Assembly: GCA_903928635.1 (NCBI GenBank)
Contig: CAIYRQ010000043.1
Location: 1 to 44,691 of the forward strand
Length of the DNA: 44,691 nucleotides
Direction of reading: 5' to 3'
From: an uncultured beta proteobacterium
Lineage (GTDB): Bacteria; Pseudomonadota; Gammaproteobacteria; Burkholderiales; Burkholderiaceae_C
The position numbers and the translations under genes are program-made. A model generated the notes under the pieces. It saw nothing but the letters and a program-made list of their open reading frames with translations, did no database searches and was not told the origin of the DNA. Each line of letters begins with the position of its first letter. Position 1 is the first letter of the stretch. This document shows, piece by piece, positions 35,424 through 44,519 of this stretch.

Positions 35424-36836
35424 AAACACGCTGGCATCGCGCCCGAGTGGCGTAGCCAGTCGTTGCACCAACAGCCGGTAAGTGTCCAGGTCAAAGGCCA
35501 GGCGTTGGCGGGTTTGCAGGGCATCGGCCAGGTCGGCCTCGTCATGCACCGTGGCCACATGGCACCACTGGTCAAACACATGGATATCGGTGCGTTCGCT
35601 GCGGGGGTTGTATTCGCGCACCGCAACCGGTGCCGGGTGTGGCCAGGCCTGCAAGCGGTGCTGGGCCAGCGCCATTTGCAGGCGCAGGCGGTGCACGGCG
35701 GGGCTCTCACGTCCCGCGCACACGCCTTTGCATTTGCCGATCTGGCTCGCAAAGCAGGGGCCTTTTCCGGACTCCAGTCCCAGCGCTTGCGGGCACAGGC
35801 CGTGGTTTTCGCACAGGGTGCGCAGCGCATCGGTCGCTTGGCGCTTGGAGCGGTAGACACCATACAGCCGCTGCAGCGTGTCGGGTTGCTGCGCATCCAA
35901 ACCCACCAGGCGCAACAGTGGCCGCGCCTGGGGATCGTCAGACAGTTCCCAGGCGCTTAAGCCCTTGCTTTGGCGCAATTGGCGGTTATGAAGGGGCTGC
36001 ATGGCTTTCACCAGCCGGGCTTCTAGCAGCAAGGCACCTAGCTCGCCAGCTGTCTCCTGCCATTCCACGCGGCGGATTTCCTGCAGTATGCGCATTTCAC
36101 GTGCTTGTTTGGTGGACGCCTGAAAGTGCGACAACACCCGCTTTCGCATGTGCACGCTCTTGCCGATGTACAGCGGAATCTCCCCCTCGCCATAAAAGAG
36201 GTAAACCCCCGGCACATCGGGGATGTCGTTGATCGACGTTTCGAGTTGCGGCGGAACGCTGGCGCTGCCTTGCAGTAAGGCAGCCGCTTCGCGCTGCAGG
36301 GTTTCCAGGCCCAGCTCGCGCTGCGCCACCTGCAACCAGGCCAGCACCACGTCCACATCGCCCATGGCACGGTGGCGCGCAAGCGTTTGCAAACCGTGGC
36401 GCTGCAGAATGGCGTCCAGTCCATGGCCTTTGTGCTGTGCATAGAGCTTGCGCGACAGGCGCACGGTGCACAGCGTTTTGACCTTGAGGGCATGACCCAG
36501 ACGCTCCAAGGCCTGGTGCACAAAGCCGTGGTCAAAACGCACGTTGTGAGCCACAAATACCGCGCCGTCCAAGATCTCCAGCAGTGGATGGACGACGTCT
36601 TCAAAAGCGGGTGCATCCTGCACCATGGCGTCGGTGATGCCGGTCAGGCTTTGGATAAAGGGCGCAATGCGCACACCGGGGTTGACCAGGGTGCTCCAGC
36701 GCGCCACCTCCACGCCGTTCTCAATCCGCACCGCAGCGATTTCGGTGATGTTGTCGCGCTGCGCATTGCCCCCCGTGGTCTCCAGGTCGACCACCACATA
36801 ACAAGGCACGAGGGCAGGAAAGGGCTGACTCAGCAA
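35400..36836 (-). CDS. DEDDh 3'-5' exonuclease (DnaQ-like) fused to UvrC/Cho-like GIY-YIG endonuclease
   Basis: VDLETTG, AHNVRFD, HRAMGD; PGVYLF...LYIGKS..MRKRV..HF, ALLLE; four-Cys cluster LCPQ..CF...CKGVC; start TTG 36836 or GTG 36809. Confidence 0.88.
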   Translation of the reverse strand: MLSQPFPALVPCYVVVDLETTGGNAQRDNITEIAAVRIENGVEVARWSTLVNPGVRIAPFIQSLTGITDAMVQDAPAFEDVVHPLLEILDGAVFVAHNVRFDHGFVHQALERLGHALKVKTLCTVRLSRKLYAQHKGHGLDAILQRHGLQTLARHRAMGDVDVVLAWLQVAQRELGLETLQREAAALLQGSASVPPQLETSINDIPDVPGVYLFYGEGEIPLYIGKSVHMRKRVLSHFQASTKQAREMRILQEIRRVEWQETAGELGALLLEARLVKAMQPLHNRQLRQSKGLSAWELSDDPQARPLLRLVGLDAQQPDTLQRLYGVYRSKRQATDALRTLCENHGLCPQALGLESGKGPCFASQIGKCKGVCAGRESPAVHRLRLQMALAQHRLQAWPHPAPVAVREYNPRSERTDIHVFDQWCHVATVHDEADLADALQTRQRLAFDLDTYRLLVQRLATPLGRDASVFLLPEQIS

Positions 36837-37000
36837 AACATCAAGGCCAGCCAGGCCGGGTCGTCTAGAAGGTTGATGGCGCCATAAATGCCAAAGCGGT
36901 AGGTCCAGCCCTGCAGCAAGAGCATTCGCGCCGGCCAGTCAGAAGCAATGAACAACTCCAGCGCCAGAAGCGGCGGCGGCTTAGGGCGCGCAAGCTGCAT
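36830..37000 (-). CDS. Putative 56-aa hydrophobic small protein (not in ORF track)
   Basis: MQLARPKPPPLLALELFIASDWPARMLLLQGWTYRFGIYGAINLLDDPAWLALMFC; ATG overlaps Nudix stop as TGATG; stop overlaps exonuclease TTG region. Confidence 0.35.
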   Translation of the reverse strand: MQLARPKPPPLLALELFIASDWPARMLLLQGWTYRFGIYGAINLLDDPAWLALMFC

Positions 37001-37548
37001 CAAATATCAAAAGCGTGGAAACCAAAAGCGCCCGAGCGCCGGTCGGCGAAAAAGCGCTCCAACGTGCCTTTGACGGTGTGAAAGGCAATCTCGTCCCAGG
37101 GGATGTCGGCCTCGTCAAAAAGTTGCGCTACCTGGGTTTCGGTGCCGGGGTTGAAGGCGTCACTCAATAGATTCGCTTGGTAAAACAAATGCACTTGCCC
37201 CACGCGCGCCACATTGACCATGGAAAACAAGGGCCCGATGACAAACTCGGCACCTGCCTCCTCCACCGTTTCACGCGAAGCGCCTTCAGCCGTGGTTTCA
37301 CCCATCTCCATAAATCCGGCAGGCAGTGTCCATTTGCCAAAGCGCGGCTCGATATTGCGTTTGCACAACAAGACCTTGTCGCCCCATACCGGAATGGTGC
37401 CCACCACGTTCAGCGGGTTGACGTAGTGCACCGTGTTGCAGGCCGGGCAGACTGCGCGCACCTTGGTGTCGCCATCGTCAGGCAGGCGGTTCACGACGGC
37501 CGTGCCGCAGGCCTTGCAGTGCTTGATCGGGCCGCCGTAGAGCGTCAA
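37000..37548 (-). CDS. Nudix hydrolase with N-terminal zinc ribbon
   Basis: CKAC...CPAC, Nudix box GFMEMGETTAEGASRETVEEAG; TTG start 7 nt after AGGAG. Confidence 0.9.
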   Translation of the reverse strand: MTLYGGPIKHCKACGTAVVNRLPDDGDTKVRAVCPACNTVHYVNPLNVVGTIPVWGDKVLLCKRNIEPRFGKWTLPAGFMEMGETTAEGASRETVEEAGAEFVIGPLFSMVNVARVGQVHLFYQANLLSDAFNPGTETQVAQLFDEADIPWDEIAFHTVKGTLERFFADRRSGAFGFHAFDI

Positions 37549-37559
37549 TTCAGGGCTCC

Positions 37560-38261
37560 TTAGGCCGCAACCACGGCCACGCGGATGCCGCAGAGCCCGG
37601 CCACCTCGCCGTGCATCACGTCCCCGGCAACAACCGCACCCACACCCGCGGGCGTTCCCGTAAAAATCAAATCGCCCGCCTTGAGTTCCCAAGCGTTGGA
37701 GAGCTGCTCAATGGTTTCGGCAATGTTCCAGATCAGCTGCGTAACCGTGCTGCTTTGGCGACTTGCGCCGTTCACACTGAGCGTGATGGCGGCCTGTTCA
37801 ATGGCGGGTGCCTGTGCGGCAGGGGTGATCGGCCCGATGGGGGCAGAGTGGTCAAAGCCTTTGGCAATGCTCCAGGGCCGGCCTTGCTTTTTCATGTCGT
37901 TTTGCAGGTCGCGCCGCGTCATGTCCAGGCCTACGGCGTAGCCAAAAATGTGCTTGTGGGCATCTGCGGCCGCAATGTGGCGACCGCCGGTGCCAATGGC
38001 CACCACCAGCTCAATTTCGTGGTGCAGATTGGCGGTGAGCGTGGGATAGGGCATCTGGGCGGTGGCGCCGGGCGCTGCGTACAGCAGGGCGTCGGCAGGT
38101 TTCATGAAAAAGAAGGGCGCCTCGCGGCCTGTGCCGCCCATTTCTTTGGCGTGCTCTTCGTAATTGCGTCCCACGCAATAAATGCGGTGCACCGGGAATT
38201 CGGTGTTTTGGTCGACGACAGGCACGCTGACAGGTGCCGCGGGGGTGAAGGTGTAATTCAT
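37560..38261 (-). CDS. Fumarylacetoacetate hydrolase family protein
   Basis: IYCVGRNYEEHAKEMG, PFFFMKP, HHEIEL, DMTRRDLQ, KGFDHSAP, GDLIFTGTPAGVG. Confidence 0.92.
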   Translation of the reverse strand: MNYTFTPAAPVSVPVVDQNTEFPVHRIYCVGRNYEEHAKEMGGTGREAPFFFMKPADALLYAAPGATAQMPYPTLTANLHHEIELVVAIGTGGRHIAAADAHKHIFGYAVGLDMTRRDLQNDMKKQGRPWSIAKGFDHSAPIGPITPAAQAPAIEQAAITLSVNGASRQSSTVTQLIWNIAETIEQLSNAWELKAGDLIFTGTPAGVGAVVAGDVMHGEVAGLCGIRVAVVAA

Positions 38262-38291
38262 GGGCAAGGGTCCAAACAAGGTGCTTAGAAG

Positions 38292-38594
38292 TCAGGCAGA
38301 CTGGGTGACTAGGTCAAAGTGCTCTACCACCGGTGGTGCCGCAAAAAACGGCCCCACGATGGCGCGCCACGCGGGAAAGGCGGGCGATTCGCGAAAGCCC
38401 ACAGTGTGGTCTTCCAGCGTTTCCCAAAAAATCTGCAGCACATAGCGCTCAGGGCTCTCGATACTGCGGTTCACTTTAAACCCCTTGAAGCCCTTGGCAT
38501 GCGCAATGACTTCGCCCGCGCCTTTGGCGATGGCAGCTTCGAATGCGGCGTTTTGGCCAGCGTGGATGCGAATGTCGGCAATTTCCAGAATCAT
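38292..38594 (-). CDS. Antibiotic biosynthesis monooxygenase (ABM) domain protein
   Basis: MILEIADI, RSIESPERY, WETLEDHTVGFRES, VEHF. Confidence 0.85.
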   Translation of the reverse strand: MILEIADIRIHAGQNAAFEAAIAKGAGEVIAHAKGFKGFKVNRSIESPERYVLQIFWETLEDHTVGFRESPAFPAWRAIVGPFFAAPPVVEHFDLVTQSA

Positions 38595-38678
38595 GCAGGG
38601 CTCCAATTCGTTGTGTTGCCCCAATGTTACCGGTTGCGCGCACCCCTGCGTGGGAGGGTGCCGCTATGCTAGCGGTCG

Positions 38679-39494
38679 ATGCAAAGCCCGTCCATCCACC
38701 CTCCGCAGACCCCCTGGCCCGAAGATTGGCTCAAGCCCCGTTGGCCGGCGCCTGCGTCGGTGCAGGCGTTTTGCAGTACCCGTACCGGTGGGGTCTCCAC
38801 TGCACCCTTTGACAGCCTGAATCTCGGCACCCACGTCGGCGACACACCACAGGCGGTGCACGCCAATCGGGAGCAATTGCAACAAACTTTGGGTGTGCCC
38901 CCCTTGTTTTTAGACCAAGTGCATGGCACAGCGGTACACCGCGCAGAGCGACTGTCGGTGGATGGCGCGTGTGCGGATGGCAGTTGGACCGCGGAGACCG
39001 CCCTGGCCTGTACGGTGATGGTGGCCGATTGCCTGCCGATACTCCTGTGCACTGCCGATGGCGGCCGCGTGGCGGCGCTGCATGCAGGGTGGCGCGGACT
39101 GGCTGGCGATGGGGGGGCTGACGGATGCGCCACCGGCATCGTGGAGACTTTTCTCAAAGAACAAAAAGCGCGAGGGGCCGAGGCCGCGCAGTGGCTGGCT
39201 TGGCTGGGACCCTGCATTGGGCCGCAGGCCTTTGAGGTGGGCGACGAGGTCCGTGCCGCGTTTGTTCAAAGCGCAAACCTGGCGCATCAGGCCTTTAGGC
39301 CTCACGGTCAGGGAAAGTGGCTGGCGGATTTGGCGCTGCTAGCGCGCCAACGCCTGCAGGCAGCGGGCGTGAACCATATTTTCGGCAATGACAGCACCAC
39401 CCCCTGGTGCACGGTGGGCAACCCTTTACGGTTCTTTTCGCACCGGCGCGACCGGGTCAGCGGCCGCTTTGCCGCTGGTATCTGGCGGGTTTGA
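38679..39494 (+). CDS. pgeF: Peptidoglycan editing factor / purine nucleoside phosphorylase (YfiH/PgeF)
   Basis: TRTGGVS, LNLGTHVGD, QVHG, ADCLP, HAGWRG, LGPCIG, FFSHRR. Confidence 0.92.
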   Translation: MQSPSIHPPQTPWPEDWLKPRWPAPASVQAFCSTRTGGVSTAPFDSLNLGTHVGDTPQAVHANREQLQQTLGVPPLFLDQVHGTAVHRAERLSVDGACADGSWTAETALACTVMVADCLPILLCTADGGRVAALHAGWRGLAGDGGADGCATGIVETFLKEQKARGAEAAQWLAWLGPCIGPQAFEVGDEVRAAFVQSANLAHQAFRPHGQGKWLADLALLARQRLQAAGVNHIFGNDSTTPWCTVGNPLRFFSHRRDRVSGRFAAGIWRV

Positions 39495-39719
39495 CGCGGC
39501 TTGGGCAGCTGCGTTGGCGGCGTCTGCCTCAGCTTCGGCTTTGATGCGTGCGCGCTTGCGGCCTGGGGTGCCCATGAAGTACAGCACCAGGCCCACCGGT
39601 AGCAAGCCGTAGAGCACAAAGGTCATGATGGCACCCAAGAGGGTGCCGTTGTCGTTGGTGGCTTCGGCGACGGCCATCATCAAGGTCACATAAATCCAAG
39701 CCAAGGGAACTAAATACAT
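39426..39719 (-). CDS. Small two-TM hypothetical membrane protein
   Basis: ATG start, two hydrophobic helices (MYLVPLAWIYVTLMMAVAEA; GAIMTFVLYGLLP), basic TPGRKRAR; overlaps pgeF 3' end convergently. Confidence 0.7.
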   Translation of the reverse strand: MYLVPLAWIYVTLMMAVAEATNDNGTLLGAIMTFVLYGLLPVGLVLYFMGTPGRKRARIKAEAEADAANAAAQAASNPPDTSGKAAADPVAPVRKEP

Positions 39720-39850
39720 CGGAGTTACGTTTCAGGGTTGTTTTGCAGTGATGGAGCGCAATGTCAGAAAAATGAAGGACATGCGCCGGATAATGGGTTG
39801 ACTATGCCCTAAGGGCGCGCGAATGGCCGCGACATTTACGAGGAGACATC

Positions 39851-41575
39851 GTGAAAGACCAAGAAAACCTGTGGGCCCATGCGGCGGATCATTTTCAGTC
39901 CTTGGTGAGCGACAGCTGGACCAAAGCGCTTTCGGGCTTTCAAAATCTGACCCCTGCGGCTGCTTCCGGGCCGTTGCCCACGCCTCCTAAGCTGAATTTC
40001 GCGCCAGAGAAGTTGCAAGAGGTCCAGCAGCATTACATGAAGGAAGTCGCTGAGCTTTTGTCCCAGGGCGCGTTGGTGCACCCCTCGGCGTCCGGCGACA
40101 AGCGTTTTTCGAGCGAGGCCTGGGACTCCAACCCGGTCGCCGCTTTTACGGCGGCTTTGTATTTGCTCAATAGCCGCGCGCTGCTCGCAATGACGGACGC
40201 GGTGGAATTGGACGCCAAAACCCGCAACCGCCTGCGCTTTGCAGTAGAGCAGGGCCTGGCCGCTGCGGCACCCAGCAACTTCCTGGCATTCAACGCCGAG
40301 GCCCAGAAAAAAGCCATTGAAACCAAGGGCGAAAGCATTGCCAAAGGCATGCAAAACCTGCTGCACGACGTCCGCCAGGGCCATGTGTCCATGACGGACG
40401 AGAGTCTTTTTACCGTCGGCAAAAACGTGGCCACGACAGAAGGTGCCGTAGTTTTTGAAAACGAATTTTTCCAACTGCTCGAATACAAGCCGCTCACCGA
40501 CAAGGTGTTCGAGAAGCCGTTTTTGCTGATTCCGCCCTGCATCAACAAGTTCTACATTTTGGACCTGCAGCCGGAGAACTCGCTCATTCGCTACGCGGTC
40601 TCGCAAGGCCACCGCACCTTTGTGGTCAGCTGGCGCAATCCGGACGAATCGATGGCTACCAAAACCTGGGACGACTACATCGAACAGGCAGTGATCAAAG
40701 CGATTGCGGTCACCGGCGAGATTGCAGGCAAGGCTGGTGTCGATGGAGCCATCAATGCGCTGGGATTTTGCGTGGGCGGCACCATGCTGACCACCGCACT
40801 GGCGGTGCTGGCTGCGCGTGGCGAAAAACCGGTGGCGAGCGCCACCTTGCTGACCACATTGCTCGACTTCACCGACACGGGCATCTTGGATGTGTTCATT
40901 GACGAAGCCTTTGTGCAGTTCCGTGAAAAAGAAATGGGCCAAGGCGGCTTGATGAAAGGCCAGGACCTGGCCTCGACCTTCAGCTTTTTGCGCCCCAATG
41001 ATTTGGTGTGGAACTATGTCGTGGGCAACTACCTCAAGGGCGAGACCCCGCCCGCGTTTGACCTGCTGTATTGGAACTCTGACGCCACCAACCTGCCTGG
41101 CCCCTACTACGCCTGGTACCTGCGCAACACCTACCTTGAGAACAAGCTGATCAAGCCCGGCGCGACCACCGTATGCGGCGAGTCGATTGATTTTGGGTTG
41201 CTCGACTTACCGGTCTACATCTACGGCTCGCGCGAAGACCACATCGTGCCGATCAACGCGGCCTATGCCTCTACCCAGGTGCTGCCGGGCAAAAAGCGCT
41301 TTGTCATGGGAGCGTCCGGCCATATTGCGGGTGTGATCAATCCACCCGCCAAAAACAAGCGCAGCCATTGGATTCGCGCTGACGGCAAATTACCCAAGAC
41401 CCATGCTGCATGGTTGCAAGGTGCGACCGAGCATCCAGGCAGCTGGTGGACCGATTGGGCGCAGTGGCTCAAGTCGCATGCCGGCAAACCGATTGCTGCA
41501 CCCAAAAAATACGGCCGCGGCAAGTACCAAGAAAAAATGCCCGCACCGGGTAACTACGTACTCGCCAAGGCCTGA
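39851..41575 (+). CDS. phaC: Class I poly(3-hydroxyalkanoate) synthase
   Basis: AGGAG RBS + GTG; PPCINKFYILDL, lipase box GFCVGG, DLLYWNSD, EDHIVP, SGHIAG, GSWW. Confidence 0.97.
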   Translation: MKDQENLWAHAADHFQSLVSDSWTKALSGFQNLTPAAASGPLPTPPKLNFAPEKLQEVQQHYMKEVAELLSQGALVHPSASGDKRFSSEAWDSNPVAAFTAALYLLNSRALLAMTDAVELDAKTRNRLRFAVEQGLAAAAPSNFLAFNAEAQKKAIETKGESIAKGMQNLLHDVRQGHVSMTDESLFTVGKNVATTEGAVVFENEFFQLLEYKPLTDKVFEKPFLLIPPCINKFYILDLQPENSLIRYAVSQGHRTFVVSWRNPDESMATKTWDDYIEQAVIKAIAVTGEIAGKAGVDGAINALGFCVGGTMLTTALAVLAARGEKPVASATLLTTLLDFTDTGILDVFIDEAFVQFREKEMGQGGLMKGQDLASTFSFLRPNDLVWNYVVGNYLKGETPPAFDLLYWNSDATNLPGPYYAWYLRNTYLENKLIKPGATTVCGESIDFGLLDLPVYIYGSREDHIVPINAAYASTQVLPGKKRFVMGASGHIAGVINPPAKNKRSHWIRADGKLPKTHAAWLQGATEHPGSWWTDWAQWLKSHAGKPIAAPKKYGRGKYQEKMPAPGNYVLAKA

Positions 41576-41641
41576 TTCACCCCTTGGCTCAGGCATGATC
41601 ACTCGCTAACCCCACCCACGTCCTTATTTCGGAGCAAACCC

Positions 41642-42820
41642 ATGGAAGACATCGTCATCGTCGCAGCCACCCGCACCGCCGTCGGTAAATTTGGCGGCAG
41701 CTTGTCCAAAGTGGCAGCGCCCGAACTGGGTGCCGCAGTCATCAAAAACCTGTTAGAGCGCACCGGACTGGGCGCCGACCAGATCGGCGAAGTCATCCTG
41801 GGTCAGGTGCTGGCGGCAGGATCGGGCCAGAATCCGGCGCGCCAGTCCTTGATCAAAAGCGGTGTGGCCAAAGAGACCCCGGCGCTCACCATCAATGCCG
41901 TCTGCGGCTCCGGCCTGAAAGCCGTGATGCTGGCCGCCCAGGCCGTGGCCTACGGCGACAGTGAGATCGTGATTGCAGGCGGCCAGGAAAACATGAGCGC
42001 CTCACCCCATGTGCTCATGGGCAGCCGCGACGGCCAGCGCATGGGCAACTGGAACATGGTGGACTCCATGATCGTGGACGGTTTGTGGGACGTCTACAAC
42101 CAGTACCACATGGGCATTACGGCCGAGAACGTGGCCAAGGCCCACGGTATCAGCCGCGAAATGCAGGACGCACTGGCGCTGGCCAGCCAGCAAAAAGCGG
42201 CCGCTGCGCAAGACGCAGGCAAATTTGTGGATGAAATCGTGCCGTTTTCAATTGCACAGAAAAAGGGCGACCCCATCGTCTTTGCTGCGGATGAATTTAT
42301 CAACCGCAAGTCCAACGCCGAAGCGCTGGCAGGTTTGCGCCCTGCGTTTGACAAGGCTGGCGGCGTGACTGCAGGCAATGCATCGGGTATCAACGACGGC
42401 GCTGCTGCAGTGATGGTGATGACTGCCAAGAAAGCCGCTGCGCTGGGCCTGAAGCCCCTGGGCCGCATCGCCAGCTTCGCCACCAGCGGTCTGGACCCCG
42501 CCATGATGGGCATGGGCCCGGTGCCTGCCTCGCAAAAAGCCCTGGCACGTGCGGGCTGGAACGCGCAAGACCTGGACCTGCTGGAAATCAACGAAGCCTT
42601 TGCCGCCCAGGCCTGCGCGGTCAACCAGCAAATGGGTTGGGACACCTCCAAGGTCAATGTCAACGGCGGCGCGATTGCCATCGGCCACCCCATCGGTGCG
42701 TCAGGTTGCCGCATTTTGGTGACCCTGCTGCATGAAATGAAGCGCCGCGATGCCAAGAAGGGCATTGCCAGCCTGTGCATAGGCGGCGGCATGGGTGTTG
42801 CGCTGACGATTGAGCGTTAA
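41642..42820 (+). CDS. phaA: Acetyl-CoA acetyltransferase (beta-ketothiolase)
   Basis: NAVCGSG, NEAFAAQ, GHPIGASG, CIGGGMG; between phaC and phaB. Confidence 0.95.
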   Translation: MEDIVIVAATRTAVGKFGGSLSKVAAPELGAAVIKNLLERTGLGADQIGEVILGQVLAAGSGQNPARQSLIKSGVAKETPALTINAVCGSGLKAVMLAAQAVAYGDSEIVIAGGQENMSASPHVLMGSRDGQRMGNWNMVDSMIVDGLWDVYNQYHMGITAENVAKAHGISREMQDALALASQQKAAAAQDAGKFVDEIVPFSIAQKKGDPIVFAADEFINRKSNAEALAGLRPAFDKAGGVTAGNASGINDGAAAVMVMTAKKAAALGLKPLGRIASFATSGLDPAMMGMGPVPASQKALARAGWNAQDLDLLEINEAFAAQACAVNQQMGWDTSKVNVNGGAIAIGHPIGASGCRILVTLLHEMKRRDAKKGIASLCIGGGMGVALTIER

Positions 42821-42862
42821 ACCCTTTCAGTACCCCATTTATAACCAAGAAGGAGACAAAAA

Positions 42863-43600
42863 ATGAGTCAAAAAGTAGCGTACGTCACCGGCGGCATGGG
42901 CGGCATCGGTACCGCCATTTGCCAGCGTTTGCACAAAGAGGGTTTTAAAGTGGTGGCCGGTTGCGGCCCCACCCGTGACCATGCCAAGTGGATTGCCGAA
43001 CAAGCGGCTTTGGGTTACACCTTCTACGCCTCGGTCGGTAATGTGGGCGACTGGGATTCCACCGTTGAAGCGTTCACCAAAACCAAGGCGGAGCACGGCA
43101 CGATTGACGTGTTGGTCAACAACGCCGGTATCACCCGCGACCGCATGTTCCTGAAAATGAGCCGCGAAGACTGGGACATGGTGATCGAGACCAATCTGAA
43201 CTCCATGTTCAACGTGACCAAGCAAGTGGTGGCAGATATGGTGGAAAAAGGCTGGGGCCGCATCATCAACATCTCGTCGGTGAACGGCGAAAAAGGCCAG
43301 GCAGGCCAAACCAATTACTCGGCGGCCAAGGCCGGCATGCACGGTTTTTCCATGGCCCTCGCGCAGGAACTGGCCACCAAAGGCGTGACGGTCAATACCG
43401 TGAGCCCCGGCTATATCGGTACCGACATGGTCAAAGCCATTCGCGAAGACGTGCTGGCCAAGATCGTGGCGACCGTGCCGGTCAAGCGCTTGGGCGAGCC
43501 CAGCGAAATTGCCTCCATCATCGCCTGGCTGGCGTCGGATGAAGGTGGCTACGCCACCGGCGCCGACTTTTCGGTCAACGGCGGCTTGCATATGGGCTAA
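42863..43600 (+). CDS. phaB: Acetoacetyl-CoA reductase
   Basis: TGGMGGIG, NNAGITRD, YSAAK, NGGLHM. Confidence 0.96.
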   Translation: MSQKVAYVTGGMGGIGTAICQRLHKEGFKVVAGCGPTRDHAKWIAEQAALGYTFYASVGNVGDWDSTVEAFTKTKAEHGTIDVLVNNAGITRDRMFLKMSREDWDMVIETNLNSMFNVTKQVVADMVEKGWGRIINISSVNGEKGQAGQTNYSAAKAGMHGFSMALAQELATKGVTVNTVSPGYIGTDMVKAIREDVLAKIVATVPVKRLGEPSEIASIIAWLASDEGGYATGADFSVNGGLHMG

Positions 43601-43635
43601 AACCCAAACGGCTTGCGGCATGCCGCGGCCCTTGC

Positions 43636-43664
43636 AAAAAAACCCCGCTTCGGCGGGGTTTTTT
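43636..43664. terminator. Bidirectional intrinsic terminator between phaB and the TauE gene
   Basis: A7-CCCCGC-TTCG-GCGGGG-T6, cUUCGg tetraloop. Confidence 0.92.
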
Positions 43665-43680
43665 GTTAGTGGTTCAGGTC

Positions 43681-44493
43681 TTAATTTGCCAAGCCTTTGT
43701 AGAGCATGTAGCCTGCCAGGCAATAGAGCAGGACCGCAAAAATGCGTTTGAGTTGCGCCACCGGTACCTTGTGGGCCATCTTGGCGCCCCAGGGCGCAGT
43801 GATGACGCTGCAGGCGCCAATCACGGCCAGGCCGGGCAGCCAGACAAAACCCAGGGCGCCGGGCGGCAGGTCTGTTAGGGCTGATCCGCTGACGATGTAG
43901 CCCACCGTGTTGGCTAGCGCAATCGGAAATCCCAACGCTGCGCTGGTGCCCACTGCGTTGCGCATAGGCACATTGCGCGACACCATGAAGGGTACGCTGA
44001 CAAAGCCCCCGCCTGCACCTACGAGTCCGGACAAAAAGCCGATCACGCCGCCTGCCATGACTTGACCGGCGGGACCGGGCATCTCGCGTTCGGCTTGCGG
44101 TTTTTTGTCGCGCAGCATTTGTGTGGCGGAAAAGCTCACAAAAAGTCCGAAAAAGATGGCAAGCCAGGTGCCCTTCAAGACGCTGAACATGCCCACGCTG
44201 GCCAGCGCGCCGCCCAGCATGATGCCGGGTGCCAGGCTTTTGACGATGTCCCAACGCACGGCACCACGCTGGTGGTGCGCTCGCACACTGGCCACACTGG
44301 TAAACACGATGGTGGCCATGGACGTGGCAATCGCCATCTTGACCGCCAGGTCGGCGCTGATGCCCCGATGCGACAGGATCAAGGTGAGAAAAGGGCCCAT
44401 CAGCATGCCTCCGCCTATGCCCAAGAGGCCTGCCAAAAAGCCGGTGCACAGGCCGAGGAGCGCCAGTTCGGCGATGAGGGTGGGTTCGATCAT
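43681..44493 (-). CDS. Sulfite exporter TauE/SafE (TSUP) family membrane protein
   Basis: GFLAGLLGIGGG, AIATS, repeat SGLVGAGGG..VP, AVGTS; about 8 TM helices. Confidence 0.88.
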   Translation of the reverse strand: MIEPTLIAELALLGLCTGFLAGLLGIGGGMLMGPFLTLILSHRGISADLAVKMAIATSMATIVFTSVASVRAHHQRGAVRWDIVKSLAPGIMLGGALASVGMFSVLKGTWLAIFFGLFVSFSATQMLRDKKPQAEREMPGPAGQVMAGGVIGFLSGLVGAGGGFVSVPFMVSRNVPMRNAVGTSAALGFPIALANTVGYIVSGSALTDLPPGALGFVWLPGLAVIGACSVITAPWGAKMAHKVPVAQLKRIFAVLLYCLAGYMLYKGLAN

Positions 44494-44519
44494 GGGAGTT
44501 GTCGGTGAAGATGAAAGGT

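Noticed and set aside
43615-43626. Perfect palindrome GCGGCATGCCGC after phaB, similar to GCCATGCGGCATGGC near tRNA-Leu
   Set aside because: Short GC-rich palindromes with limited similarity; not enough to call a repeat family
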